Below are positions 20,171-31,027 of a stretch of DNA of 64,000 bases, in pieces. The DNA comes from an uncultured Methanosarcinales archaeon (lineage in GTDB: Archaea; Nanobdellota; Nanobdellia; Woesearchaeales; CAXGTL01), in contig CAZHVK010000002.1 in NCBI GenBank assembly GCA_964535955.1, positions 72,122 through 136,121 on the forward strand, read 5' to 3'. The translations under genes were made by a program, and so were the position numbers. The notes under the pieces are model-generated. The model did no database searches and was not told the DNA's origin. It was given only the letters and a program-made list of their open reading frames with translations. How positions within the stretch are numbered: position 1 is the first letter of the stretch; each line of letters opens with the position of its first letter.

Positions 20171-20607
20171 CTTTTTTATCTTTTTTTCATATTTTCACAA
20201 CTTACTGCTAAAAACCTTTAATTACTTTCATATACACCTATAATATATATAGAAAACAATGCAAAGATATTAATTAAAACAAAATTAGCTATTCAAGAGT
20301 GATACTAAGCCCAAATGGTCAAATTTAAGTGTTTAAGGTCCTATTACACTTTATTTTTGACAAAAACAAAACAAACTTTCGCAATCTTTTTAAAGTAAAA
20401 TAAAGAAATTATATACTATAGCTAATTATAGCTACATTAAGCTAATTAAAACAAAGCAGACTATAATAAGTGCATAAACAAAAAATATGTATTTGTATAG
20501 AAATCTGTTTTGTTATGTTGTTTTTGTGTTGTATGCAAAAACAAACAATCATGCTTGAAAAAAATAGCCCAAAAACACAAATTAAAAAAACATGAGGTGT
20601 TAGATAA

Positions 20608-23178
20608 ATGGAAGTAAAAAAAGCAATTAAAAAAATAATTGCATTAGGCGCAGGCGCGATTATGGTTAGTGCAACCATAATGGGAGCAATGGCAGCTGAC
20701 CTAAAAGACTACCCATCACCTTTCCTTAATGAGGAAATGAAATTTGATGGACTTTTAGTTGTTGGTAATGTTGCTTCAACACAAGATGTTATTGGTTCAA
20801 TTGACATCACAAACGGTTTGCAAGCTGAAGCAATTATAGAAGTACCTGTTGAAGGATCAGCTTCAACAACAGTAGCAGTTGAAGGAGATGCTTGGCTAGT
20901 TAAATCAGGAGATAAAAAACTAGAATTAAGTAATTCTCAAAGTAGTGCAACTGCAGAAGAAACAATAAGAAACATTACTACATACATTGGTGAAAGTGAA
21001 TTATCAGCATTAGGAGATGGAGAGTTTGCTAGTAAAACATATAAACAGTATTTGTATTTTGATAAAGCTGATTCAGGATTTGTTCAGTTCATTGAAAATA
21101 CTGATACAGATGTACAAGCAGACCATTTCTATGTAGCTAATGGGAAACAAATCGCAAGATATGTATTAGAGTTTACAAGTTCTGCTGAATCAGATGTTGA
21201 TGATAGTGATGGTGCAGCTTTAAGCACAGGAACATATTTAACAGATTTCCAAGACAAAAAATTAATGATGTTTGGAAAAGAATATACAGTTGTAACTGCT
21301 AGAAGAAGTGGTGGAAATACAGCAGCTTCTGTTAAATTGACTCTAATGGGTGGAGCTTCAAAAGGAACTCTAAACCAAGGAGAATCAGCAACATTAACTG
21401 TAGGAGATGTAGAATATGAAGTTGAGCTAACTTATGTAGATTCAAGTGATAAAGCAAGCTTTGTTGTAAATGGTGAAGCAACTAGTAAAATCTCTGTAGG
21501 AGACACATATAAATTAGCAGATGATAACAAGATAGGTGTATCAAGTGTTTATTATCAAGCTCTTGAAACAGGTGTAAAACAAGCAACATTCTTTGTAGGA
21601 GCAAGTGACGTTGTACTTTGGGATACTGATATTACAAATACTGCATCATCTAAAAATCTTTATGTAGATGGTACAACTAATTCAATCTCAGATGCAAATG
21701 TTATAATCACAGGTACAGATGACAACACTACATTTAAGATAGACACTATCGAAGTTAACATGAGTGCAGGAGACAATTACTTTGTTGCAGCAGGTGAAAA
21801 ACTAAGTGAAGCTATTCTTGCTGAAAAAGACGAAGCAGAAGTAATGTTTACACAAAATTGGGACATTGAAAACAAAGGTCTAACAGAAGAAGAAATCGGC
21901 AAAATTGACATTGAAAATAGTGGAGATTCAAAATATGTATTATTCTTCAATGATGGAAATGGCAATAGAGTTGATTTACCAGTTGGAGTAGTAGAAAGTG
22001 ATACTTTCTATTTTGGTGATACATATAACTCTGCAAATGCTTCTGCAAAGTATACTGTTTTAAACGAGTCAAAAGAAATATTTAAAAATGATTATTTCGT
22101 AATAACTGATGAATCAGTATCAGATGGAGATAGAAAATCATTTGTAATGCAGTATAAAGGCTCTGACAAATATAGAACAGATGACACAACACCGCCTATA
22201 AGTTTCACAGATGTAGGAAGTGGTGATAACATTGATGTAACTTACAAAAGAGGAGAATCCATATATCTTAAATATGGTGGTGGATCATTCTTAGTAGAAA
22301 ACGCAAGTGCTGACACATCAAATGATTTCCAAGTAAAAGTAGACTTTGATGCAGATGGAACAATTGGTGATAGTTCATTAGTTGGAATCAACACAAAAGA
22401 AGGTGCTAGTATTGCATTTACAACAGATGGCAGTGGGTTTGATTCAAGAATCAATAGTTTCTCAAATGGTGTTAATGTAACAGTTTCAACACCAGATGCA
22501 GATGATTATGAAAACCTTGCACCAACAGATATTGTATACCAACTTGCTGCTTCAGGAAGTAGTGACCAAGTTACTTTAACTAGGAAAGGTGGATTATACG
22601 TAACTGCACCAACAGGAGATAGTGAAAATTCATATGGTATGAACTCAATGGGAACAAAAGTACATCAATATTCCCCAACAAGTGGAAGACCAAAGTTATA
22701 CATTGAATACCCAGCTAAACAAGCACTACCACAAATCTTTGTAACAGCAGGTGCTGTAGAAAGTACTGAATCTACAAGCGGTGGAGCAGTTAGTCAAAAG
22801 ATTGTTCCAATCAATGTAGGAGCAGCTAAACTGGACTCAGAAGTTATTGACAAAGTTGGCGAAACAAACCTGATTGTAGTAGGTGGACCATGTGCAAACA
22901 CTGTAGCAGCTAAATTAATGGACAACCCAAATCCATGCGGTAAAGACTTCAAAGAAGGAGAGTCATTAATCAAATTATTCGAAAATGGCGACTTTGTATC
23001 CTTACTAGTAGCAGGATGGGAAGCAGAAGATACTGTAAAAGCTTGTCAAGTTGTTGCTAAACACGGAGACTTTGACAACTTCGAAGGTATGGAGCTAAGT
23101 GTTAAAACACTAGATGGCACAGTGACTAAAGTAGAAGCTGGCGCTGAAGGTGAAGCTGAAGGAGAAGGCGAAGCATAA
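20608..23178 (+). CDS. S-layer protein
   Basis: Signal peptide KKIIALGAGA..ATIMGAMAADL..YP, acidic S/T/D-rich body, C-terminal NLIVVGGPCAN; SD GAGGTG. Confidence 0.9.
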   Translation: MEVKKAIKKIIALGAGAIMVSATIMGAMAADLKDYPSPFLNEEMKFDGLLVVGNVASTQDVIGSIDITNGLQAEAIIEVPVEGSASTTVAVEGDAWLVKSGDKKLELSNSQSSATAEETIRNITTYIGESELSALGDGEFASKTYKQYLYFDKADSGFVQFIENTDTDVQADHFYVANGKQIARYVLEFTSSAESDVDDSDGAALSTGTYLTDFQDKKLMMFGKEYTVVTARRSGGNTAASVKLTLMGGASKGTLNQGESATLTVGDVEYEVELTYVDSSDKASFVVNGEATSKISVGDTYKLADDNKIGVSSVYYQALETGVKQATFFVGASDVVLWDTDITNTASSKNLYVDGTTNSISDANVIITGTDDNTTFKIDTIEVNMSAGDNYFVAAGEKLSEAILAEKDEAEVMFTQNWDIENKGLTEEEIGKIDIENSGDSKYVLFFNDGNGNRVDLPVGVVESDTFYFGDTYNSANASAKYTVLNESKEIFKNDYFVITDESVSDGDRKSFVMQYKGSDKYRTDDTTPPISFTDVGSGDNIDVTYKRGESIYLKYGGGSFLVENASADTSNDFQVKVDFDADGTIGDSSLVGINTKEGASIAFTTDGSGFDSRINSFSNGVNVTVSTPDADDYENLAPTDIVYQLAASGSSDQVTLTRKGGLYVTAPTGDSENSYGMNSMGTKVHQYSPTSGRPKLYIEYPAKQALPQIFVTAGAVESTESTSGGAVSQKIVPINVGAAKLDSEVIDKVGETNLIVVGGPCANTVAAKLMDNPNPCGKDFKEGESLIKLFENGDFVSLLVAGWEAEDTVKACQVVAKHGDFDNFEGMELSVKTLDGTVTKVEAGAEGEAEGEGEA

Positions 23179-23188
23179 GTTTAAAACC

Positions 23189-23218
23189 TTTTTTTTTCTT
23201 TTTTTTTTATATTTTTTT
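23189..23218 (+). terminator. Oligo-T archaeal terminator after the S-layer gene
   Basis: Three long T-tracts just after the stop codon. Confidence 0.6.
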
Positions 23219-24437
23219 AAAGAATTATACCAGAAAACACATTATGTTTACTTCTTTTAATCTTAATTTTAATCAATGAGCCAATTTTTGTTTCTTTTTT
23301 AGAATAAATAGTTATATTTCTATTCTCAGAAACAGCTATAAATTCATTCTTATATCTGCCTCTACAAACAACTACAGCCTTAATTATATTATTATTCTTA
23401 AATGGCTTAGGCAAATCCTTGGTTTTTATAATATTAAAATCATCTTCAGTTAAAATCAAATGAGTACTATACTTTTTCTCTAAATTAGACAAAATCTCAA
23501 AGAATTTATCCCAAGAAATCTGTTTACATGGCTTTCTCCCTCTAGAATAAAAGAGATAATTCTGTATACCTAATTTTGCATTTATTGATTTTGCAAAAAC
23601 AACAAGATCTTCAATATCTTTATTATTGATTTTATCTAAGAAAACAGGTGCAATCCTTAGATTAACCTTTTTTGCAGCATACTTTGCAATCTTAATTATA
23701 TGTTCCATATTATAAGAAGTATTAGCAATTTTACTAGCTTTTTTCTTGTCTAATGAATTAACAGACAAGTTTATTTGATTTAATCCAGCTTTTACAAATT
23801 CATCTATGGATTTCTCAGTAAATAAAAGTCCATTTGTATTAATAGAAATTATTTTTACTTGTTTAATTCTTTTAATATCCTTAACAAATTCTAAAAGAGG
23901 TTCATAAAGCAAAGCCTCACCTTGTGTTCCAATATGAATTTCTATATTATCAACATCTTTAAATTTAATCAATTTTTGTAATTCTTCGACCAGATACTCT
24001 TTTTCAACTACAAAATCTCTTTGTTTTTTTGAACTTTTTCCTTCATCAACAGAACAATATATACAATCAAGATTACATCCTGTTATAGGTTTTACTTCAA
24101 TAATTGATGTGTTTCTATCAACAATTCCAAAAACATTAGATCCTATTAAGGGTATTCCTGAATTTTTATGAATATAGACTGCTTGTTTATTATTAAGATT
24201 ATTTTTAAGATCTCCAATATATTTTTGTATTAAAAAATTAAATTTACGTTCAGCACTTCCTTTATTGATTGAAGGAAAATCTAAAGAATGGCTATTTATT
24301 TTAATCTTTGCATCAATCTTTAATAGTTCGGATTTGGGGATTTCAAAATAAAATAATTTATACAAACTTACTTTTACAAAATTCTTATTTTTTGCAAATC
24401 TTAATGATTTAAAGGTTAATTTCGCCATCAAACACAT
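23217..24437 (-). CDS. Radical SAM protein with C-terminal TRAM-like domain
   Basis: CNLDCIYC motif and FGIVDRNT; COG2100-like. Confidence 0.85.
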   Translation of the reverse strand: MCLMAKLTFKSLRFAKNKNFVKVSLYKLFYFEIPKSELLKIDAKIKINSHSLDFPSINKGSAERKFNFLIQKYIGDLKNNLNNKQAVYIHKNSGIPLIGSNVFGIVDRNTSIIEVKPITGCNLDCIYCSVDEGKSSKKQRDFVVEKEYLVEELQKLIKFKDVDNIEIHIGTQGEALLYEPLLEFVKDIKRIKQVKIISINTNGLLFTEKSIDEFVKAGLNQINLSVNSLDKKKASKIANTSYNMEHIIKIAKYAAKKVNLRIAPVFLDKINNKDIEDLVVFAKSINAKLGIQNYLFYSRGRKPCKQISWDKFFEILSNLEKKYSTHLILTEDDFNIIKTKDLPKPFKNNNIIKAVVVCRGRYKNEFIAVSENRNITIYSKKETKIGSLIKIKIKRSKHNVFSGIIL

Positions 24438-24525
24438 GATTATACTAAATTTTATATATACTTTTCCATAATATTACATTCCAGTATACAAAAAGATAAA
24501 AACCCTTAATTATTCTAAAAAAATA

Positions 24526-25200
24526 ATGGAATCAAATAAAGGAAATATAAGAATAACATATGAATCATTATTCGAATTACTAAGAAATGAGAAGAACAGA
24601 GAAGAACTGCAGAAATTAGATCCAAACTTTTTTAAAAACATAACAGAATATTTAAAAGAAAAAAAATCCATACTTAATCAATCAGAAGACAATATGTTTG
24701 TCAAGAGCGAAAAACAAAAAACATTACAACAAATATCAAATATTCAAAGAATTATCAAAGATCTTTATCAAAGAAGAGAGAAAAAAATAATATCTATGGC
24801 ATTGATTAAAAGCAGAGTTCATGCCAAAGTAGATGAATCTACATTATTAAAAGAAGAAAAATTAATTTTTGAAAACTTAATAAATCTATTTGATAATTTC
24901 AGAGACAATGTTCTTAATAACATATTAGAGGGTCAAAAACCTGATACAGAAACAATAAAACAAAATCTTATGGGAAAACCAAAAGAAAAACACGATCAAA
25001 AAGATATAACACAAATACAAAAAGATGAAACAGAAAAACAAGAAATTAATATGATGATAAGATTTACTCAATATGTTCCTAGTTTTTTAGGAACAGACTT
25101 AAACATATATGGGCCTTTTGAACCAGAAGATATTGCTTGTTTACCAAATAAGATCACAAAGCTAATAATCACAAAAAAAGCAGGAGAAGAGATGAAATAA
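24526..25200 (+). CDS. GINS complex subunit (Gins51-like)
   Basis: EK....LQKLD..FF, RE.KII and C-terminal F.G.D...YGPF B-domain; upstream of the L44e cluster. Confidence 0.8.
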   Translation: MESNKGNIRITYESLFELLRNEKNREELQKLDPNFFKNITEYLKEKKSILNQSEDNMFVKSEKQKTLQQISNIQRIIKDLYQRREKKIISMALIKSRVHAKVDESTLLKEEKLIFENLINLFDNFRDNVLNNILEGQKPDTETIKQNLMGKPKEKHDQKDITQIQKDETEKQEINMMIRFTQYVPSFLGTDLNIYGPFEPEDIACLPNKITKLIITKKAGEEMK

Positions 25201-25285
25201 TATCACTGAATTTCTTATATTTTGGAGCATAAATTAATCACTGTACGATAAATTTATAAATACAACATATTTTCTTATATATATT

Positions 25286-25597
25286 ATGAAGCTACCAAAA
25301 ACAAGAAAAAGATATTGTCCTTTTTGTAAAAAACATACAGAGCATAAAACAGCTCAAGCTAAAAAAAGAACTCATGGTACTAAACATCCATTAGCAAAAT
25401 ACGCTAAAAAAAGAGCAAGATATGGTAAAGGAACAGGCAACCTAGGTAAATATGGTTCTAAACCTGCTATTTCTAAATATAAGATGACAGGTAAAAAACT
25501 TAGCAAAAAAACAGACCTAAGATATACATGTAAAAAGTGTAAAAAGACTCATGTCCAAAAAAAAGGCAAAAGAGCTAAAAAAATAGAATTGGTATAA
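25286..25597 (+). CDS. rpl44e: 50S ribosomal protein L44e
   Basis: YCPFCKKHTEH and KK.DLRY.C..C motifs. Confidence 0.96.
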   Translation: MKLPKTRKRYCPFCKKHTEHKTAQAKKRTHGTKHPLAKYAKKRARYGKGTGNLGKYGSKPAISKYKMTGKKLSKKTDLRYTCKKCKKTHVQKKGKRAKKIELV

Positions 25598-25693
25598 ATT
25601 CATAACATTCTTAATATTGCCTATTCTAATATAAACTTTTATAAATAAAGGATTTTTCTCTATATATAAACTTACACAAGGAGGGAATTATAT

Positions 25694-25879
25694 ATGTCAA
25701 AATTAAAAGAACCAACAAGCAAATTTGTCAAGATCAGATGTCCTAAATGCAAAAACGAACAAATCATGTTTGGTAAAGCTTCTAGTAAAGTAAAGTGTCT
25801 TGTCTGTGGAAAGATATTAGCTACATCACAGGGTGGAAAATCTAGAATCAAAGCAAGGATATTAGAGGTTTTGGATTAA
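25694..25879 (+). CDS. rps27e: 30S ribosomal protein S27e
   Basis: SKF..I.CP.C.NEQ..F...C..CG..L...GGK. Confidence 0.96.
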   Translation: MSKLKEPTSKFVKIRCPKCKNEQIMFGKASSKVKCLVCGKILATSQGGKSRIKARILEVLD

Positions 25880-25921
25880 AAGTAAATAAGTAAGACTAAA
25901 AATCTAATAGGATAAAACACA

Positions 25922-26704
25922 ATGCTACTAAAAAGAAAAAGAATGCCTTTGGAAGGAGAACTAGTGCTTTGCACAATCACAAAGATATTTCATCATTCTG
26001 TATTTGTAATCCTTGATGAATTCGGGAAACAAGGTATGATATATATTTCAGAAGTAGCTCCAGGAAGGATAAGAAACCTAAGAGATTATGTTGTTGAAGG
26101 AAAAAAAGTAGTCTGCAAAATATTAAAAATAGATTTAGTAAAAGGCCATATAGATTTATCTTTAAGAAGGGTTAATATAGGTCAAAAAAAAGCAAAATTA
26201 GAGCAAATTAAGCAAGAACAAAAGGCTGAAAAAATAATTGAAGCAATTGCTTCTGAGATAAAGGTTCATGCAACAAAAGTTCATGAAGACATATTTTCAA
26301 AAATAAGCACTAAATATGATTTTCTTTATACATGTTTTTTAGATTATGTTGCAGGTGTTATTGATTTAAAAGATTTTAATATAGATGCAAGATATTTAGA
26401 CAAACTAACAAAATTAGTAAAAGAAAGAGTAAAACTTCCCAAAGTCAATATATCAGGAGATCTTATTCTAACAAGTTATAAATCAAATGGTGCTGAGATA
26501 ATAAAACAAGGAATAAAAAAAGCTTTAGAAAAGGCAGACAAAGATACAATCATAAAATATAAAGGAGCAGGAAAATATTCTTTATCAATAACAGCAGAAA
26601 ATTATAATGAAGCAGAAGCAAGACTATATGACATAACTAGTATTATAATGAACCACATGGAAGAAAATGATAGTACTTATAATTTCAAGAGAAAAGAAAA
26701 ATGA
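25922..26704 (+). CDS. eif2a: Translation initiation factor aIF2 alpha
   Basis: S1 domain with KGHIDLSLRRV; conserved gene order. Confidence 0.95.
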   Translation: MLLKRKRMPLEGELVLCTITKIFHHSVFVILDEFGKQGMIYISEVAPGRIRNLRDYVVEGKKVVCKILKIDLVKGHIDLSLRRVNIGQKKAKLEQIKQEQKAEKIIEAIASEIKVHATKVHEDIFSKISTKYDFLYTCFLDYVAGVIDLKDFNIDARYLDKLTKLVKERVKLPKVNISGDLILTSYKSNGAEIIKQGIKKALEKADKDTIIKYKGAGKYSLSITAENYNEAEARLYDITSIIMNHMEENDSTYNFKRKEK

Positions 26705-26880
26705 GTAAACACATTCTCAGATGTATAAAATGTAACCAATATTCTTTAGATAAAAAATGCCCTAAATGCGGTGCAACTTGTAACGAAGTCAAACCACCCA
26801 AATTCAGCCCAGATGACAAATATGAAGACTTAAGAAGAAAAGCAAAGAAAGAGGATTTAAAAAATAAAGGGTTATTATGA
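26701..26880 (+). CDS. nop10: H/ACA RNP protein Nop10 (not in ORF track)
   Basis: Manual translation ...C..C..YSL...CPKCG....KPPKFSPDDKY. Confidence 0.93.
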   Translation: MSKHILRCIKCNQYSLDKKCPKCGATCNEVKPPKFSPDDKYEDLRRKAKKEDLKNKGLL

Positions 26881-26946
26881 AAATCATGAAAAAAATAATT
26901 ATTACTAGACACAAGCTTTATAAATCATAAAAATATAACTTATTCT

Positions 26947-27741
26947 ATGACATGGAAAACATCACAATTAGAAAAATTACCAAAACTAAAAAATCCTGTA
27001 CTAATTGAAGGTCTGCCAGGAATAGGTAATGTTGGAAAAGTTGCAGTAGATTTTATAATAGATGAGTTAAAAGCAAAAAAATTATTTGATTTTTTTTCAT
27101 ACACATTTCCTCACTCTGTTTTTGTTAATGAAGAAAATCTAATAGAACTTCCAAGTATTTCAATTTATTATAAAAAATTTAATAATAGAAAAAAAAATGA
27201 TTTATTATTTTTGGCAGGTGATGTTCAACCAATTGATGAAGTGAGTTCATATGAATTTTCCGAATTAATCCTTGATATTTGCAAAAAATTAAGATGTAAA
27301 GAAATCATTACTTTAGGAGGCATTGGTCTTCAGACAATTCCTAAAAAACCAAGAGTTTACTGCACTGGAAATAATAAAAAGATTATTAAAAAATATTGTA
27401 AAGATAAAAATTTACAAAATCAACTTTATGGAATAGTTGGGCCAATTGTAGGCATGACAGGTTTATTATTGGGCTTAGCAAAAAAAAGAAATATAGACGC
27501 AATATCTTTATTATCAGAAACATTTGCTCATCCTATGTTTTTAGGTATTAAAGGATCAAAAAAAATATTAAAAATATTAGATAATAGATTCAAATTAAAA
27601 CTTAAATTTAGTAAACTAGAAAAAGAAATTAAAGAAATGGAAACAGAAATACTAAAAAGAACAGATGAATTAGCAAAGGTTTCAAAATCAATTGGTAAAG
27701 CAAGAGGAAAGTTTGGAAAAGATATGAGTTATATTGGTTGA
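26947..27741 (+). CDS. PAC2-family proteasome assembly chaperone
   Basis: IEGLPGIGNVGK and GPIVG..GLLLG; conserved position after nop10. Confidence 0.9.
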   Translation: MTWKTSQLEKLPKLKNPVLIEGLPGIGNVGKVAVDFIIDELKAKKLFDFFSYTFPHSVFVNEENLIELPSISIYYKKFNNRKKNDLLFLAGDVQPIDEVSSYEFSELILDICKKLRCKEIITLGGIGLQTIPKKPRVYCTGNNKKIIKKYCKDKNLQNQLYGIVGPIVGMTGLLLGLAKKRNIDAISLLSETFAHPMFLGIKGSKKILKILDNRFKLKLKFSKLEKEIKEMETEILKRTDELAKVSKSIGKARGKFGKDMSYIG

Positions 27742-27792
27742 GTGAAGAAGTTTTGACAAAATAAGCAGCAAGACATTGTCTTTATCGTCCTT

Positions 27793-27821
27793 GGGTGGGC
27801 GGCGGGGGAGGAGTATGTGGG
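27793..27821 (+). other. G-tract motif copy A (eno leader)
   Basis: GGGTGGGCGGCGGGGGAGGAGTATGTGGG in AT-rich DNA. Confidence 0.7.
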
Positions 27822-27852
27822 CTATTAATAATCACAAAAAAAGAGGCAAACC

Positions 27853-29103
27853 ATGAAAAAAATCACCAAAGTAATTGGTAGAGAAATTCTAGATTCTAGA
27901 GGCAATCCTACTGTTGAAGCAACTGTATTCTGTAAAAACAAATCAGCATCAGCAAAAGTGCCAAGCGGAGCTTCAACAGGTGATTATGAAGCAATTGAGT
28001 TAAGAGATCATAATAAAAAAAGGTATCATGGCAAAGGAACATTAACTGCTGTCAAAAATATAAACCTAATTGGTAAAAAATTAAAAGGATTTCATTTTGA
28101 TGAACAAACAAATATTGATAATTTTATGATATCATATGATTGCACAAAAAACAAATCAAGATTAGGTGCAAACTCGATTTTAGCAATAAGTTTAGCATGT
28201 GCAAAACTTAGATCATTAGTAGAAGGTAGACCATTATACTCATACTTTGGAAATCATAAAACATTACCTATTCCTTTCTTCAATATAATAAATGGCGGCA
28301 AACATGCTGATAACAAACTTAGTTTTCAAGAATTCATGATTGCTCCAATAAAAGCAAAAAACTTTTCACAAGCATTACAAATAGGAAGTGAAATATATCA
28401 CCAACTTAAGAAAGACCTTCATAAAAGATATAGCAAAGGTTCAACAAATATTGGTGATGAAGGAGGTTTTGCACCATACCAATTAAAAAGAACATACCAA
28501 CCTCTTAAAATGATTTGCAAAGCAATAGACGAGCTAGGTTATGAAAAAAAAGTAAAGATTGCAATTGATGCAGCTGCTTCAGAATTCTATCATCATAAGA
28601 TGTACAAAGTAGATGGCTGGTGGCTTAAACCATATAAATTAATAAAATTGTATGAACATTTGGTAGAACAATATCCAATAATATCAATCGAAGATCCATT
28701 TGATCAACAAGATTTCTTGAATTGGAAAGAAATGGTTGACGTATTAGGTAAAAAGATTCAGATTGTTGGTGATGATCTTCTTGTCACAAATGTAGACAGG
28801 ATTAAGTTTTCAAGAAGATATGACTTATGTAATGCACTTTTGCTTAAAGTAAACCAGATAGGTACACTGACAGAATCATTAGAAGCAGCAGAGCAAGCTA
28901 AAAAAGCAGATTGGAATATTATGGTATCACATCGTTCAGGTGAAACAACAGACACATTTATTGCAGACTTAGCAGTTGGCCTAGGCACAGGCCAGATCAA
29001 ATCAGGTGCTCCTTGCAGAGGAGAAAGGATTGCTAAGTATAATAGACTTCTTAAGATTGAGCAAGAGTTAGGTAAAAAGGGAAAGTTTGGTTTAAAACAT
29101 TAA
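27853..29103 (+). CDS. eno: Enolase
   Basis: EILDSRGNPTVE and SHRSGET motifs. Confidence 0.98.
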   Translation: MKKITKVIGREILDSRGNPTVEATVFCKNKSASAKVPSGASTGDYEAIELRDHNKKRYHGKGTLTAVKNINLIGKKLKGFHFDEQTNIDNFMISYDCTKNKSRLGANSILAISLACAKLRSLVEGRPLYSYFGNHKTLPIPFFNIINGGKHADNKLSFQEFMIAPIKAKNFSQALQIGSEIYHQLKKDLHKRYSKGSTNIGDEGGFAPYQLKRTYQPLKMICKAIDELGYEKKVKIAIDAAASEFYHHKMYKVDGWWLKPYKLIKLYEHLVEQYPIISIEDPFDQQDFLNWKEMVDVLGKKIQIVGDDLLVTNVDRIKFSRRYDLCNALLLKVNQIGTLTESLEAAEQAKKADWNIMVSHRSGETTDTFIADLAVGLGTGQIKSGAPCRGERIAKYNRLLKIEQELGKKGKFGLKH

Positions 29104-29167
29104 AAATTACAAAAAACAACAAAAAACCCTAAACATTTAAAAACACTAACCTCATTCTATATAGTAA

Positions 29168-30673
29168 ATGATAGATGAAGTAAAGAAGCCAGTAGTTTTA
29201 ATGATATTAGATGGTTTTGGACTTACATGGAAAAAGAAGGGAAACGCAATAAAACTAGCTAAAACACCAATTCTTGATAAACTTACCAAAACATGCCCAT
29301 ATGCTGTTCTAAAAGCTTCTGGAGAAGCAGTTGGATTACCAAAAGGTATCATGGGTAACTCAGAAGTAGGCCACCTTAATATAGGTGCTGGAAAAGTTGT
29401 TGAACAATATCTTATGAGAATCAATAATTCTATCAAAGATGGAAGTTTTTTTGAGATTCCAGATTTAATAGGAGCATTTGACAAAAATGAATATGTACAT
29501 TTAATGGGTTTAGTAAGTGATGGAGCTGTTCACAGTCACATTGACCATTTATTTGCACTCATAGATATGGCAAAAAAGTATAATTGTAAGATTTATGTTC
29601 ATGCATTCCTAGATGGTCGAGATACAAAACCAATGTGTGCTAAAAAATATATTAAAAAATTACAAAAAAAACTAAAAGGCATTGGTTCAATAGCTACTAT
29701 CTGTGGAAGATATTATGCAATGGACAGAGACAATAGATGGGACAGAACAAAAAAAGCATACAATACAATAGTAAATGCATCTGGTCTTTACAACAAAAAC
29801 ATAAATGATGTATTAAAACAGTCATATAAAAAAAAGATAGGTGATGAATTCATTGTTCCTTTAGTAACAAGTGATTATCATGGTATCAAAGAAAAAGATA
29901 CAATCATATTTTTTAATTATAGAGAAGATAGAGCTAGACAATTAACACAAGCATTTATTGATCCTAATTTCAAAGAATTCGAACGAAAATATAAAGAAGT
30001 AAATTTAATAGCATTCACACAGTATGACGATGATTTTAAGAACATGAAAGTTATATTTTCACCAATTTATCCAAAGAATACTCTTGGAGAAGTTTTAAGT
30101 AATAATGATTTAAGACAATTAAGAATAGCTGAAACAGAAAAATTTGCACATGTTACTTATTTTTTTAATGGTCTTAGAGAAACACCTCTTGAAAAAGAAC
30201 AAAGAATAATGATTCCTAGTCCAAAAATACCTACTTATGACCTTCAGCCTGAGATGAGTGCTGACGAAGTTTGCAACAATGTCCTAGAAAACTTAAAAAA
30301 TTATGATGTGTTAATAATCAATTTCGCAAATGGTGATATGGTTGGCCACACAGGTGTTTTAAAAGCAGCAATAAAAGCAGTTGAAAAAGTTGATGAATGT
30401 GTTGGAAAAATTATTGAAAAAGTCAAATCATTGAATGGAGTAGCACTTATAACAGCAGACCATGGAAATTGTGAACATATGATAGAAGGCTATAATGAAA
30501 CAGACACAGCCCACACAACAAACCCTGTATTTTTCATGATATTTAATCAAAATGTTAAGATTAGATCAAAAGGGGTTTTAGCTGATATTGCTCCAACAAT
30601 TCTAGATTTATTAAAGATTGAAAAACCTGATGAAATGACAGGAGAAAGTATGATTATTAAGTATTTATTGTAA
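29168..30673 (+). CDS. gpmI: 2,3-bisphosphoglycerate-independent phosphoglycerate mutase
   Basis: MGNSEVGH, GRYYAMDRD, DMVGHTG and ADHGN motifs. Confidence 0.97.
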   Translation: MIDEVKKPVVLMILDGFGLTWKKKGNAIKLAKTPILDKLTKTCPYAVLKASGEAVGLPKGIMGNSEVGHLNIGAGKVVEQYLMRINNSIKDGSFFEIPDLIGAFDKNEYVHLMGLVSDGAVHSHIDHLFALIDMAKKYNCKIYVHAFLDGRDTKPMCAKKYIKKLQKKLKGIGSIATICGRYYAMDRDNRWDRTKKAYNTIVNASGLYNKNINDVLKQSYKKKIGDEFIVPLVTSDYHGIKEKDTIIFFNYREDRARQLTQAFIDPNFKEFERKYKEVNLIAFTQYDDDFKNMKVIFSPIYPKNTLGEVLSNNDLRQLRIAETEKFAHVTYFFNGLRETPLEKEQRIMIPSPKIPTYDLQPEMSADEVCNNVLENLKNYDVLIINFANGDMVGHTGVLKAAIKAVEKVDECVGKIIEKVKSLNGVALITADHGNCEHMIEGYNETDTAHTTNPVFFMIFNQNVKIRSKGVLADIAPTILDLLKIEKPDEMTGESMIIKYLL

Positions 30674-30778
30674 ATTTCACTATATACAATTCTTAAATAA
30701 CATATATTATATATTCTAGTTTGGAAATGTTTATAAAGTTGGTTAACTTAAATTATTAAGTATAAATAAGAGAAAAGG

Positions 30779-31027
30779 GTGGAGAAAATATCTTTTACAT
30801 ATCATGCAGAACCAAATTATGACAAGAATGGGAAATATACTAATGAATATGTTCTAAAAAAATCAGGCACAGTTATAGGTGTTTATACAATAAAAAATAA
30901 AAAAGAGATAGATGGCCTAGGTATCAATGATGATGAAATATTAAAAGTATTAAAAGCATGTGTCAAAAAAAATCCACCAAAAAAACAAAAAAGGAGTCTA
31001 CTAGACATATTATTCAGGAGAAAATGA
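30779..31027 (+). CDS. Hypothetical protein
   Basis: 82-aa ORF with GTG start; stop overlaps the queH ATG. Confidence 0.55.
   Translation: MEKISFTYHAEPNYDKNGKYTNEYVLKKSGTVIGVYTIKNKKEIDGLGINDDEILKVLKACVKKNPPKKQKRSLLDILFRRK

Noticed and set aside
20418..20560. TAGCTA repeats and a T-rich/A-rich hairpin upstream of the S-layer gene
   Set aside because: Low-complexity AT-rich matches; plausible as an ordinary long leader but not distinguishable from chance.
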